Source: an uncultured Actinomycetota bacterium (GTDB taxonomy: Bacteria; Actinomycetota; Humimicrobiia; Humimicrobiales; Humimicrobiaceae). Taken from it: a stretch of DNA of 64,000 nucleotides. The stretch is taken from NCBI GenBank assembly GCA_964494385.1, contig CAZBSE010000004.1, positions 12,475-76,474 of the forward strand, read 5' to 3'. Shown piece by piece: positions 10,137 to 19,888 of the stretch (position 1 is the stretch's first letter; each line of letters starts with the position of its first letter). Under the pieces are notes generated by a model. The model did no database searches. It had not been told where the DNA came from and worked only from the letters and a program-made list of their open reading frames with translations. Position numbers and translations under genes: made by a program.

Positions 10137-11469
10137 TTTTAAATTTCTCTATAAATTTAGGGACAGCACCTGCTGTTATTTCTTCTTTTTTAAAATCTTT
10201 TCTATATTCAACATCAATTATTTTACGTTCCAGAAATTTTTTTCCTATAATAAATCTTACGGGAATGCCTATCAGATCCGAATCCTTAAACTTAATTCCC
10301 GCATTAACGTCCCTGTCATCATAAAGAACTTCTACATTTAATTCTTTTAAAATTTTATATATATTATCACCTGCCTGTGATATTTTTTCATTTTTCGAGG
10401 TGGTATTGATAATATTAATTTTAAATGGAGCAATAGAAGCGGGCCATATAATTCCCTTATCGTCATGCAGCTGTTCAATTGCTGCTGCCAGCATTCTGCT
10501 TATACCTATTCCATAGCAGCCCATTACCAGTGACTTTAACTTTCCATCTATATCTAAAAATTTCGCATCCAGCCTGTCACTGTACTTTTTCCCCAGCATA
10601 AAGATATGACCTATTTCAATTCCTTTTCTAAATTTCAATTCTGCCCCGCAACTTTTACACTTAACGCCGGCAATACCAGGTTCAGTAACTTTTTCTGCAG
10701 CTTTTAAATCCGGGGATTTACCCACTTTCTCCTTTTTCCCAATGCCTTCTTTTGAAAACTCTGACATATCGTAATTTGCCGAATAACCGCAGCTGTCACA
10801 AAAAATTAGCTTTTCTTCTCCATTTTCGGCAAATACTATGAACTCATGCGAAAATTTACCGCCAATCAGTCCTGTTTCGGCTTCAACTACCTTATATTTG
10901 AGGCCGATTCTCTCAAGTATATTGCAGTAGGCACTATACATTTTCTCATAAATCAGTTTTGAATCATCATCATTTCTGCAAAAGCTATAGGCATCTTTCA
11001 TAATGAATTCTCTGGCTCTTAGCAATCCATACCGCGGTCTTATTTCATCTCTGAACTTGACCTGTATTTGATATAGATTTACGGGCAGATCCTTATACGA
11101 CTTTATATCCAGATATGCCATATAAGTAATTAGTTCTTCATGGGTAGGTCCCAGGCAAAATTCCCTCTTGTTTCTATCCTTTAGCCTGAACATCTCGGGA
11201 CCGTATTCCTCCCACCTCCCTGATTTTTTCCATAAATCCGCAGGCTGCATTACCGGTAAGAATAACTCAACTGCGCCTGCCTTGTTCATTTCCTCTCTTA
11301 CTATCCCTTCAATTTTTTTCAGTATCTTGAAACCCAGGGGCAGGAAGGAATAAATTCCTGAGGCGGCTTTTCTGATAAGTCCGGCCCTCAGGGCCAGAGA
11401 ATGACTTGGTATTTCGGCTTCACTTGGCTCTTCTTTTAAAGTAGGTATAAAAAATTGTGAAAATTTCAA
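10117..11469 (-). CDS. proS: Prolyl-tRNA synthetase, bacterial-type N-terminus, with a Cys4 segment in place of the INS editing domain
   Basis: MKFSQFFIPTLKEEP...SHSLALRAGLIRKAASGIYSFLPLG is a bacterial-type ProRS start with class II motifs. It is only 450 aa, with CDSCG...CKSCG where the INS domain would sit. It overlaps the recD2 start by 20 nt. Confidence 0.85.
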   Translation of the reverse strand: MKFSQFFIPTLKEEPSEAEIPSHSLALRAGLIRKAASGIYSFLPLGFKILKKIEGIVREEMNKAGAVELFLPVMQPADLWKKSGRWEEYGPEMFRLKDRNKREFCLGPTHEELITYMAYLDIKSYKDLPVNLYQIQVKFRDEIRPRYGLLRAREFIMKDAYSFCRNDDDSKLIYEKMYSAYCNILERIGLKYKVVEAETGLIGGKFSHEFIVFAENGEEKLIFCDSCGYSANYDMSEFSKEGIGKKEKVGKSPDLKAAEKVTEPGIAGVKCKSCGAELKFRKGIEIGHIFMLGKKYSDRLDAKFLDIDGKLKSLVMGCYGIGISRMLAAAIEQLHDDKGIIWPASIAPFKINIINTTSKNEKISQAGDNIYKILKELNVEVLYDDRDVNAGIKFKDSDLIGIPVRFIIGKKFLERKIIDVEYRKDFKKEEITAGAVPKFIEKFKIANNPL

Positions 11470-11490
11470 TTCGGGCTCCTTTTTTTGGAT

Positions 11491-12564
11491 TTAAATTAAT
11501 TTTTCTAATTCTTTTTCAAATTCTTCCATTGCCATATTTTTATCCACTCTTTTTATTATTTTACCCTTCAGGAAAATTGCAGCTTTGGTCCTGCCAAAAG
11601 CTATTCCGAGATCCGCGTCCTTTGCCTCTTCGGGGCCGTTTACAAAGCAGCCCATCAGCGCCAGCTTTAAACTCTTTTTTACGCCTGCAGTCAGCTTCTC
11701 AACTGTATGCACCATTTTTTTTAAATTTTCAGTATTCCTTCCGCATGTGGGACAGGAAATAATATCAACTCCCTTTTTCCTTAAGTTAAGACTGCTTAGG
11801 ATTGCATAACCCGCCTTTACTTCATCAGCCGAACTCTCGGTTAGTGAAACTCTTATGGTATCGCCTATCCCTTTAGATAGTAAGATCCCGATGCCTACCG
11901 ATGACTTTATGCTGCCGCTGAAAAGAGGTCCCGCTTCTGTCACGCCCAGATGCAGGGGATAATCAATTTTGTCCGATATTATCTCATTTATATTTATAGT
12001 GTCCCAAACCGAAGATGCCTTCGCAGATATTTTAAAATTATTAAATTTTAAGCTTTCCAAAAGTTTAACATTTTCCAGTGCACTTTCAATCATTGAATCA
12101 ACTATATTTCCTTTATTCTTTTTTAGGATCCTTTTATCTATAGAACCAGAATTAATTCCTATTCTTACCGCTATTCCCTTTTTCTTTGCCTTTTCTATAA
12201 TTGCCGAAGTTTTGGTAATACCTCCTATGTTTCCGGGGTTTATTCTTATGCCGTCAATTCCTATATCCATACAATCCAGGGCAAGTTTGTAATCAAAATG
12301 GATATCTGCAACAACCGGAACTGAAAAAATTCCCTCTCCTGCCAATTTTCTAAGGGATTTTACTGACCTGCTGTCAGGCACCGCTATTCTTATAATTTCA
12401 CAACCGCTTTCAATTAACTTTTTTATTTCATTCCTGATACCTGCCGGGTCTTCCAGACTGCTTTTAGTCATTGACTGCACGGCAATAGGATTGTCTCCTC
12501 CTATTTTTAGTCGGCCTACCTGTATGACTCTGGTTTTTTTTCTTTTTATCTTCATTTTTATCAT
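11491..12564 (-). CDS. ispG: 4-hydroxy-3-methylbut-2-en-1-yl diphosphate synthase (GcpE)
   Basis: RKKTRVIQVG...GGDNPIAVQSMT... TIM-barrel N-domain and C-terminal 4Fe-4S domain (CPTCGR); proS-ispG-rseP neighbourhood. Confidence 0.9.
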   Translation of the reverse strand: MIKMKIKRKKTRVIQVGRLKIGGDNPIAVQSMTKSSLEDPAGIRNEIKKLIESGCEIIRIAVPDSRSVKSLRKLAGEGIFSVPVVADIHFDYKLALDCMDIGIDGIRINPGNIGGITKTSAIIEKAKKKGIAVRIGINSGSIDKRILKKNKGNIVDSMIESALENVKLLESLKFNNFKISAKASSVWDTININEIISDKIDYPLHLGVTEAGPLFSGSIKSSVGIGILLSKGIGDTIRVSLTESSADEVKAGYAILSSLNLRKKGVDIISCPTCGRNTENLKKMVHTVEKLTAGVKKSLKLALMGCFVNGPEEAKDADLGIAFGRTKAAIFLKGKIIKRVDKNMAMEEFEKELEKLI

Positions 12565-13628
12565 TACATATTGCTGATGCTGAAAGGACTTATTATATCA
12601 AAAACAAAACCTATGACTAATATTGATACCAGAATAAATATTCCTATAGCGTTGCATATTCCCAGAATTTTATTGGAAACAGGTTTCTTCCTTACGGCTT
12701 CAATTAAAATCAATACAATATAACCGCCGTCCAGGGGAAGAATTGGGATTAAATTTCCAAAACCTATCAGTATGGAGACCAGCGCGACAAAGAATATAAA
12801 ATTTTGAATGCCCATTGACACCGACTGCTGAAATATACTGATTACCCCTACCGGAGAGACTGGCCTTGCTTCGCTAAAAGAAAGTTTTCCTGAAAATAAC
12901 ATCCCAATTAATCTGCCGCAGGTAACGATTATATCCCAGGTCATCCTGAAGCTTTCTTTTACTATTTCAGTAAAACCAAGTTTTTGTTTAACGTACTCCG
13001 GACTTATCCCCAGATAACCCTGGCCCTCGATATTATCAAGGTGGGCTTCAAGTTTGATTTCTACTTCATTACGGATAACCGTATAGGTCACTGTCCTGTC
13101 CGGGTTATCTTTTGTCAGGACTGAAAAATCATCCCAGCTTTCAATCTCTCTGCCATTTAAGGCAATAACTTTATCGCCTACTTCAAAGCCGCTTATATCT
13201 GCAGGCGAATCGGGCTGAATATAATCAATAGTCGTTGTAAGAACGAATACACCCATGCTTAAAAAGATACCTATCAGTATTATGGCCAGTATTATATTAA
13301 ATCCGGCTCCATTGATGTAGACCAGTATTTTTTTATAAACCGGTTTGCACTGAAAGGATTTATCTTTCATATTTGAAGGTATTGATTCATTTCTATCCGC
13401 CCCCAGGATTCTGTTATATCCTCCCAGGGGTATGGCGTTAATACCATAGGTCGTGCCGCTTCTTGCTTTAAATTTAAAAATTTTAGGGCCGAAGCCAATA
13501 AAAAATTCTTCAACATACATCCCGGATAATCTTGCAGTAGAGAAATGCCCTAATTCATGGACGATTATAATCAATGATAGTCCTATTATAGCCAGGAGAT
13601 ACTGGTAAATAGTAGTTAAAACCTGCAT
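12564..13628 (-). CDS. rseP: Site-2 protease RseP (M50 zinc metalloprotease with PDZ domain)
   Basis: HELGHF zinc-binding motif in TM1, a PDZ segment and a C-terminal LDGG motif; multiple TM helices. Confidence 0.88.
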   Translation of the reverse strand: MQVLTTIYQYLLAIIGLSLIIIVHELGHFSTARLSGMYVEEFFIGFGPKIFKFKARSGTTYGINAIPLGGYNRILGADRNESIPSNMKDKSFQCKPVYKKILVYINGAGFNIILAIILIGIFLSMGVFVLTTTIDYIQPDSPADISGFEVGDKVIALNGREIESWDDFSVLTKDNPDRTVTYTVIRNEVEIKLEAHLDNIEGQGYLGISPEYVKQKLGFTEIVKESFRMTWDIIVTCGRLIGMLFSGKLSFSEARPVSPVGVISIFQQSVSMGIQNFIFFVALVSILIGFGNLIPILPLDGGYIVLILIEAVRKKPVSNKILGICNAIGIFILVSILVIGFVFDIISPFSISNM

Positions 13629-13634
13629 TAGAAA

Positions 13635-14396
13635 TCACAACCTGCCAAATCTTCTATTTCTTTTCTGAAAATAATAGATTGCTTTTAAAAATTCTTTTCT
13701 GTTAAAATCCGGCCAGAGTGTTTTTACAAAATAAAGTTCAGTATATGCAATCTGCCACAACAGGAAATTGCTCATTCTGCACTCACCGCTGGTTCTGATT
13801 AAAAAATCAGGGTCAGGGCACTCTTTAGTAAAAAGATAATTTGAAAAAGCTTCCTCATCTAGCTTTTCAAGATTTATATATCCCCTGTCAGCTGCCTTGT
13901 ATATCCTTTTGACTGCATTTATAATTTCCTGCCGTGAACCGTAATTAAAGGCAATATTTAAAGAAAGTTTTTTATTCTTTTTGGTTTCTCTCTCTGCATT
14001 GGTAAATGCTTTAAGTATCCTGGGAGGAATTGTTTCTCTTCGGCCGATTAGTGTTACCCCCACCCCGTTTTTATTCAGGTTCCCCAGTTCGCCGGTCAAT
14101 GACTCCAGAAACAGGTTCAACAGGAAATCTACTTCATCCTGCGGCCTCTGCCAGTTTTCGCTTGAAAATGAGTATACTGTTAAGAATTTTATTCCTAACT
14201 GCACACATGTTGTTATAATAACCCTGAGAGCTTCTACACCCGCTTTATGACCTGCCGAACGGGGAAGTTTTCTCTTAGTTGCCCACCTGCCGTTTCCATC
14301 CATAATAATGGCTACGTGCTCAGGAATACCGTTTTTCTTTAGTTCTTTTACAGACGGGATTCTTATAGAAGAAAAAAAAGAAGAAAATAAACCCAA
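13635..14396 (-). CDS. uppS: Undecaprenyl diphosphate synthase
   Basis: HVAIIMDGNGRWA and ...FSSENWQRP... cis-prenyltransferase motifs. Confidence 0.92.
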   Translation of the reverse strand: MGLFSSFFSSIRIPSVKELKKNGIPEHVAIIMDGNGRWATKRKLPRSAGHKAGVEALRVIITTCVQLGIKFLTVYSFSSENWQRPQDEVDFLLNLFLESLTGELGNLNKNGVGVTLIGRRETIPPRILKAFTNAERETKKNKKLSLNIAFNYGSRQEIINAVKRIYKAADRGYINLEKLDEEAFSNYLFTKECPDPDFLIRTSGECRMSNFLLWQIAYTELYFVKTLWPDFNRKEFLKAIYYFQKRNRRFGRL

Positions 14397-14406
14397 TACT
14401 TTTTAC

Positions 14407-14964
14407 CTACACTTCCATAATCTCTTTTTCTTTCTGGTCCAGGGAATTATTAATTTTTTCTATAAATTCATCTGTAATTTCCTGGATTTCTTTCTGTGAA
14501 CTTATCAGGTCATCCTCGGTTATTTCACTTCCGCTTTCCAGCTTTTTAAATTCATCGTTTATTTCTCTTCTGATATTCCTGATGGCTATTCTTCCATCTT
14601 CGGCAACTTTTTTAACCAGTTTGACCAACTCTCTTCTTCTCTCTTCATTCAGAGGAGGAACATTCAATCTTATAACCTTCCCATCGTTTGAAGGGTTGAT
14701 GCCCAGATCAGACTTGGAAATCTGAGTTTCAATTTCCTTTAAAAATTTCGGCTCGTATGGTGAGATTAATATAACTCTCGGTTCCGGTATGCTTACGTTG
14801 GACATATGTTTTAATAAGGTCTTGCTGCCGTAATAGTCAATATAAATATTATCCAACAGTGATGCAGACGCTCTTCCGGTTCGTATGGTATTGAATTCGT
14901 GCTGGGTTACTTCCAGGGAATTGTTCATTCTTTTTTTAGTATCAACCATTAATCTATCTTTCAT
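14407..14964 (-). CDS. frr: Ribosome recycling factor
   Basis: 185 aa, three-helix-bundle RRF sequence (...LNVPPLNEERRRELVKLVKKVAE...); rpsB-tsf-pyrH-frr order. Confidence 0.92.
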   Translation of the reverse strand: MKDRLMVDTKKRMNNSLEVTQHEFNTIRTGRASASLLDNIYIDYYGSKTLLKHMSNVSIPEPRVILISPYEPKFLKEIETQISKSDLGINPSNDGKVIRLNVPPLNEERRRELVKLVKKVAEDGRIAIRNIRREINDEFKKLESGSEITEDDLISSQKEIQEITDEFIEKINNSLDQKEKEIMEV

Positions 14965-14967
14965 TTT

Positions 14968-15687
14968 TTACTCCTTTGTGACCATAGTACCAATTTCTTT
15001 TCCTGTTATAACTCCTTTTATGTTACCCGGCTTTGTAATATCAAAAACGACAATAGGTAAATTATTTTCCATACACAGGGAAGTTGCCGTTGAGTCCAGG
15101 ACCCTTAGATTGTTCTTTAATACATCCAGGAAGGTAAGTTTAACAAATTTTCTGGCATTCTTAAATTTTACAGGATCCTTATCATATATCCCGTCAACTT
15201 TTGTAGCTTTAAATATTATTTCTGCTTCTATTTCCAGTGCCCTTAACGCTGCGGCCGTATCGGTGGTAAAATAAGGATTACCTGTTCCTCCTGCAAATAT
15301 TACCACCCTTTTCTTTTCAAGGTGCCTTACGGCTTTTCTCCTGATAAAAGGTTCGGCTATTTCCTGCATGGCTATTGCCGTCTGTACCCTGGTAGTTATA
15401 CCCATCCTTTCCAGCGCATTCTGCAGACCCAGTGCATTCATAATAGTAGCCAGCATTCCTATATAATCGGCAGTGGTTCTATCCATACCATTTACACTGG
15501 CAGAAACGCCTCTCCAAAAATTACCGCCTCCTATAACCACTGCGATTTCCACACCCAATTCTACCACTTCTTTAATCTGGCTCGATATATTGCTGGTAAT
15601 CTTGGGGTCTATTCCATAATCCAGATCTCCTAATAATGCTTCGCCGCTGATTTTAAGCAGAACCCTGTTATATCTTAATTTTTTCAT
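14968..15687 (-). CDS. pyrH: UMP kinase
   Basis: [11 protein letters not shown]...[11 protein letters not shown] amino-acid-kinase-fold motifs. Confidence 0.92.
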   Translation of the reverse strand: MKKLRYNRVLLKISGEALLGDLDYGIDPKITSNISSQIKEVVELGVEIAVVIGGGNFWRGVSASVNGMDRTTADYIGMLATIMNALGLQNALERMGITTRVQTAIAMQEIAEPFIRRKAVRHLEKKRVVIFAGGTGNPYFTTDTAAALRALEIEAEIIFKATKVDGIYDKDPVKFKNARKFVKLTFLDVLKNNLRVLDSTATSLCMENNLPIVVFDITKPGNIKGVITGKEIGTMVTKE

Positions 15688-15718
15688 CAGTTTATTTATC
15701 TAAATTTTTAGGCAAATA

Positions 15719-16333
15719 CTATAAGTCGTCTTCCCTTCCTTCACCCAGAACATATCTTATAAACCTCTTGATAACTATATTTTCACCAATCTTTGCTATA
15801 TTCTGTTTCACCAGTTCTCCTACTTTTACATCATTATCTCTTACAAACAGCTGTTCCATTAAACAGTTTTCTTCAAAGTACTTCTTAATTTTTCCTTCAG
15901 CAATCCTTTCCAGAATATTTTCAGGTTTTCCTTCATTTAAAGCCTGCTTTTTATACAGCTCTTTTTCCCTGTCAAGTACTTCCTGGGGGACATCTTCTTT
16001 GGAAACATAGAGAGGTGCCGTCGCAGCAATATGAAGTGCAATATCATGCACAAGATTTTTAAACATTTCATTTTTTGCCACAAAATCGGTTTCACAATTA
16101 ACCTCCAGCATTACTCCGATTTTGGAACCTGTATGTATATAGCTGTGAATCACGCCTTCTTTAGTAGCTCTGGAAGCTTTTTTTGAAGCCTGAACCAGTC
16201 CTTTTTCTTTTAATACTTCTTCTGCTCTTTTTATATCCCCTTTACTTTCTACCAATGCATTTTTGCAATCCATCATGCCGGAACCACTTTTTTTACGCAA
16301 TTTTTTTACCAAATCAGCATTTATTTCCATCAT
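15719..16333 (-). CDS. tsf: Elongation factor Ts (short form, 204 aa)
   Basis: N-terminal UBA-like LVKKLRKKSGSGMMDCKNAL and the dimerisation core; short single-core EF-Ts. Confidence 0.9.
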   Translation of the reverse strand: MMEINADLVKKLRKKSGSGMMDCKNALVESKGDIKRAEEVLKEKGLVQASKKASRATKEGVIHSYIHTGSKIGVMLEVNCETDFVAKNEMFKNLVHDIALHIAATAPLYVSKEDVPQEVLDREKELYKKQALNEGKPENILERIAEGKIKKYFEENCLMEQLFVRDNDVKVGELVKQNIAKIGENIVIKRFIRYVLGEGREDDL

Positions 16334-16366
16334 TCCTCCCTGTTTCTTACCAATTGTTTCTAAAAT

Positions 16367-17146
16367 CTATTCTTCATTCCCAGGCAGCACTTTTGAATTA
16401 TCTTCTGGTTTTTCTTCTTTTGGTTTCTTTTTTTCTTCTTCTGCGCTTTCTTCTGACTTAATTTTTTGTTCTTTTCCTTTTTTTACAGCATCACAGATTA
16501 CTCTGGTTATAAGATTACAGGAACGTATTGCATCATCGTTGCCAGGAATTACAAAATCTATAATATCAGGATCACAATTTGTATCAGTTATAGCCACGAT
16601 AGGTATACCCAGTTTCATTGCTTCTTTTACAGCAATAATCTCTTTATTGGGATCAATTATATAAATTATATCAGGCGGCTTTTTCATATTTCTTATGCCG
16701 CCGATATTAGAAAGAAGTTTTTCATACTCCTTTCTTATTCCCATAACTTCCTTTTTGGGTAACTTTTCAAAAATGTCTGATTTTTCCATTTCCTCAATTT
16801 CATCAATTCTTCTGGTACGCTTGCTTATGGTTTCAAAATTGGTGAGAGTACCTCCCAGCCATCTGTTCTTAACATAGGGCATTTCGCATTCACTGGCATA
16901 AGATTCTATTATATCCTGGGTTTGTTTCTTGGTACCCACAAATAATATAATCCCTCCCTCGCTCACAACTTTTCTTACATATTCGTACGCTTCAATTAAA
17001 AGTCTGAGTGTTTCCTGAAGGTCAATTATATATATGCCGTTTTTATCGGTATATATATATTTTTTCATCTTAGGATTCCATTTTTTGGTCTGGTGCCCAA
17101 AGTGAACCCCCACCTCCAGAAGCTGCTTCATAGTTATAATACTCAA
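16367..17146 (-). CDS. rpsB: 30S ribosomal protein S2
   Basis: [27 protein letters not shown]... S2 signature and an acidic C-terminal tail; AGGAGGT RBS 6 nt upstream. Confidence 0.95.
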   Translation of the reverse strand: MSIITMKQLLEVGVHFGHQTKKWNPKMKKYIYTDKNGIYIIDLQETLRLLIEAYEYVRKVVSEGGIILFVGTKKQTQDIIESYASECEMPYVKNRWLGGTLTNFETISKRTRRIDEIEEMEKSDIFEKLPKKEVMGIRKEYEKLLSNIGGIRNMKKPPDIIYIIDPNKEIIAVKEAMKLGIPIVAITDTNCDPDIIDFVIPGNDDAIRSCNLITRVICDAVKKGKEQKIKSEESAEEEKKKPKEEKPEDNSKVLPGNEE

Positions 17147-17327
17147 AAAAATACCTCCTTATTTTTATGGTTTTCCTCCACCACTTTAACCTTTTTATAT
17201 TAGTTCACCATAATGCAGAAAGTGGTGTGTGATTTCAACGTTCAAGTCTAGCATAATACATTTCTTTCATCAAATAATCAATAATAAATATTGGTAATAC
17301 GAAAGCTGTAAATGCACAAAAATATTT

Positions 17328-18242
17328 TTATTTTATTTCTGCTCTAGGGTGAAATTTTCTGTAGTCTTTTTTTAACTTTTTAATGTTCAGGTGCGAATAT
17401 ATCTGTGTGGTAGATATATTTTCATGCCCCAGAAGTTCCTGAACTTCTCTTATCCCTGCTCCTTCCTGCAGCAGATGCGTGGCAAAACTATGCCTGATGC
17501 TGTGGGGTGTTATTTTTTTACCTATGATTACCTTTTTTATGTATTTCTCAACCATGGTCCTTATCCCCCTTGAAGATAACCCCTTCCCAAATCTATTTAA
17601 AAATAAATGGTCCTCTTTTATATACCCATCCTTTCTGGAGGAAAGCAGCTTCTCTCTTACCGTGATGTATTTTTCTATCCAGAAAACCGCAGTTTTGTTC
17701 AAATAGACTATCCTTTGCTTTCTGCCCTTCCCGGTAACCATAATTTCACTTTTTTTAAAATCAATATCTTTTATCCTTAAACCTTCCACTTCGCTTATCC
17801 TTGCTCCCGTAGAATAAAATACCTCAATTATCGCCCTGTCTCTGATTTCCTGGTCATTTACCGGCTTGATGCTGTTGAATAATTTTTCCACTTCATTTAT
17901 TGACATAAAGGAGTAGATTCTATGATGCTTTCGTGGAACATTTATAGCCTGGACAAACCGGGAATTGATATAGTCATTTTCCTCAAGAAACCTAAAGAAG
18001 TTTATATAAGAAGAATATTTCCTAACAATGGTCCTGTTTGAATAATTGCAGCCGTCCAGAGATTTTACAAAATTTCTAAAAATACCTAAATTTAACCGGG
18101 AGGCATGGCTAATATTATTAATTCTAAGGTAATCCAGCAGCTGCAGGATATCTTTTCTGTAAGAATTTATGGAATTTAAGGCTAAATTTTTCTCATATTT
18201 TAAATATTTTATATATAATTCCAGACAGTTAGACAGTTTCAT
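17328..18242 (-). CDS. xerC: Tyrosine recombinase, XerC/XerD family
   Basis: C-terminal catalytic box HSIRHSFATHLL...GAGIREVQELLGHENISTTQIYSHL with the active-site R, H-x-x-R and Y. Confidence 0.85.
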   Translation of the reverse strand: MKLSNCLELYIKYLKYEKNLALNSINSYRKDILQLLDYLRINNISHASRLNLGIFRNFVKSLDGCNYSNRTIVRKYSSYINFFRFLEENDYINSRFVQAINVPRKHHRIYSFMSINEVEKLFNSIKPVNDQEIRDRAIIEVFYSTGARISEVEGLRIKDIDFKKSEIMVTGKGRKQRIVYLNKTAVFWIEKYITVREKLLSSRKDGYIKEDHLFLNRFGKGLSSRGIRTMVEKYIKKVIIGKKITPHSIRHSFATHLLQEGAGIREVQELLGHENISTTQIYSHLNIKKLKKDYRKFHPRAEIK

Positions 18243-18244
18243 TT

Positions 18245-18667
18245 TTACAGATAATCACTTTCAATATCCTTCATCTTCCCTTTTATAATTTCTCTTAGAT
18301 TCACAATCCCGTTCCATGTGGAGACAACCTTATACTCTTTCATTTTCAGTTGGTCAAAATCATGTTCTCTGGCCGTATTAAATAAAATCCTTACCTTGCT
18401 CATTATATCCACAATCATATATCTTATCTTGTCGGATCTGTAATCAACTTTTAAATTTTCCCGGGATATATCCCTGGCAATAGCATCAAATTTCCCGCAA
18501 ATATTTTTATAAATAATATCAGCTTTTTTAGGATTGACGCTTTTCTGTTCCAGCATCCTGTTTACAATCTTGCTTAGGTCCCTCTTTATTATATTATCAT
18601 ATTGAAATAATGCATTTCCCAGCGGACTCTTGGGCCTTTCTACTTTCCTTTTTCTGAATAATCCCAT
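18245..18667 (-). CDS. Hypothetical basic 140-aa protein
   Basis: Uninterrupted ORF tightly packed between dprA and xerC (3-nt gap to xerC); no recognisable motif. Confidence 0.5.
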   Translation of the reverse strand: MGLFRKRKVERPKSPLGNALFQYDNIIKRDLSKIVNRMLEQKSVNPKKADIIYKNICGKFDAIARDISRENLKVDYRSDKIRYMIVDIMSKVRILFNTAREHDFDQLKMKEYKVVSTWNGIVNLREIIKGKMKDIESDYL

Positions 18668-18752
18668 TTTTTTTATACCTTACTGCTGAATTAAAATTAA
18701 AAATATATTATTATTCTATTATTCTATTAAAAATTTAATTCTATTACAAAAC

Positions 18753-19886
18753 CTAAAATAATCTGCTGTATTTATTAAAACTATCCTCTCTAATTAATTT
18801 TTTTATCTCCAGCAGTGTTAGTATCCTTAATACTTCCCTTACATCCATTTTTATATCCCTTACTATCTCTTCCACACTTTTTGGCCTGTATCCAAGAAAT
18901 TCATAAACCCTGGACTCCCCTGCAGTAAGCCCCTTTTGGATTTCACTATTAGCCGCCTGCTTGCTGCTGCCGCGACAGCCTTCAGATGATTTCAAAATCC
19001 GCTCTGAATAAATGGTAAACTCTTCCAGTATATCATCAACTTTCTCAACCAACTTTGCACCGTTTTTAATTAACCAATGGCATCCCCTGCTCATAGCGTT
19101 AAATATATTTCCTGGGACTGCAAATACCTCCCTGTTTTGCCTTAATGCCATTTCACCGGTTATAATTGCACCGCTTTTTTCACCTGCCTCTATAACCACC
19201 GTTCCCTTGCAGAGTCCGCTGATTATTCTATTTCTCACCGGAAAGTTAGATTTAAGGGGCGGGGTGCCGGGAATAAATTCGGTTACAATGCTTCCGTTTT
19301 CCGGTATGTTTTCGTATAAATATTTATTTTCAGGAGGATAAATTATATCTATGCCGCATCCCAATACACCGATAGTTCCCCCCTTCTCTCCCAGTGCTGC
19401 TTCATGGGCACAGCTGTCAACTCCAATAGCTACTCCGCTTACTACTGTTATTCCCATCCTGGACAAGTTCTTACTTATATATCGCGCCGCTTCTTTTCCG
19501 TAAGCGGTACATTTTCGGCTGCCGACAACTGCTATGCAGAATTTTGCCTCTTTTATTTTATCACCCTTGAAGAATAATAGGGGAGGAGGAGAGTATATAT
19601 TTTTTAAAATATCAGGATAACTGTCTTGACCAATATCAAGCAATCCTACACCCTTTCCTGCTGTGCAATTAACTGCTTCAGTAGAGAAGATTCCGTCCCC
19701 GCTAGAAATACCAGGGTTTTCTTCATCATCCTCAAATTTTAGTTTTAATGCTTTATATTTTAAAAAAAATTTTAGAGTTTTTTCCAGGTCACCATTATTG
19801 CTTCTATATATTTCTATAAACCTTGCCGGTTTAACCGCTCTGCTGGCCAGTAAATATAAAATTTTTTTTCCGTTTGTATCTTCCAT
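18753..19886 (-). CDS. dprA: DNA processing protein A (DprA/Smf)
   Basis: Rossmann-like core GSRKCTAYGKEAARYISKNLSRMGITVVSGVAIGVDSCAHEAAL...GVLGCGIDIIYPPEN, with an N-terminal SAM-like extension. Confidence 0.88.
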   Translation of the reverse strand: MEDTNGKKILYLLASRAVKPARFIEIYRSNNGDLEKTLKFFLKYKALKLKFEDDEENPGISSGDGIFSTEAVNCTAGKGVGLLDIGQDSYPDILKNIYSPPPLLFFKGDKIKEAKFCIAVVGSRKCTAYGKEAARYISKNLSRMGITVVSGVAIGVDSCAHEAALGEKGGTIGVLGCGIDIIYPPENKYLYENIPENGSIVTEFIPGTPPLKSNFPVRNRIISGLCKGTVVIEAGEKSGAIITGEMALRQNREVFAVPGNIFNAMSRGCHWLIKNGAKLVEKVDDILEEFTIYSERILKSSEGCRGSSKQAANSEIQKGLTAGESRVYEFLGYRPKSVEEIVRDIKMDVREVLRILTLLEIKKLIREDSFNKYSRLF

Positions 19887-19888
19887 AT

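Noticed and set aside
17147-17327. Inverted repeat CCACCACTTT...AAAGTGGTG upstream of rpsB as a possible S2 autoregulatory leader
   Set aside because: The arms are ~30 nt apart and span the putative -10 region. Structure conservation cannot be established from a single sequence, so it is left as an unremarkable promoter region.
18668-18752. Short direct repeat (attattct x2) in the dprA upstream region
   Set aside because: Too short and AT-rich to distinguish from chance in this composition.
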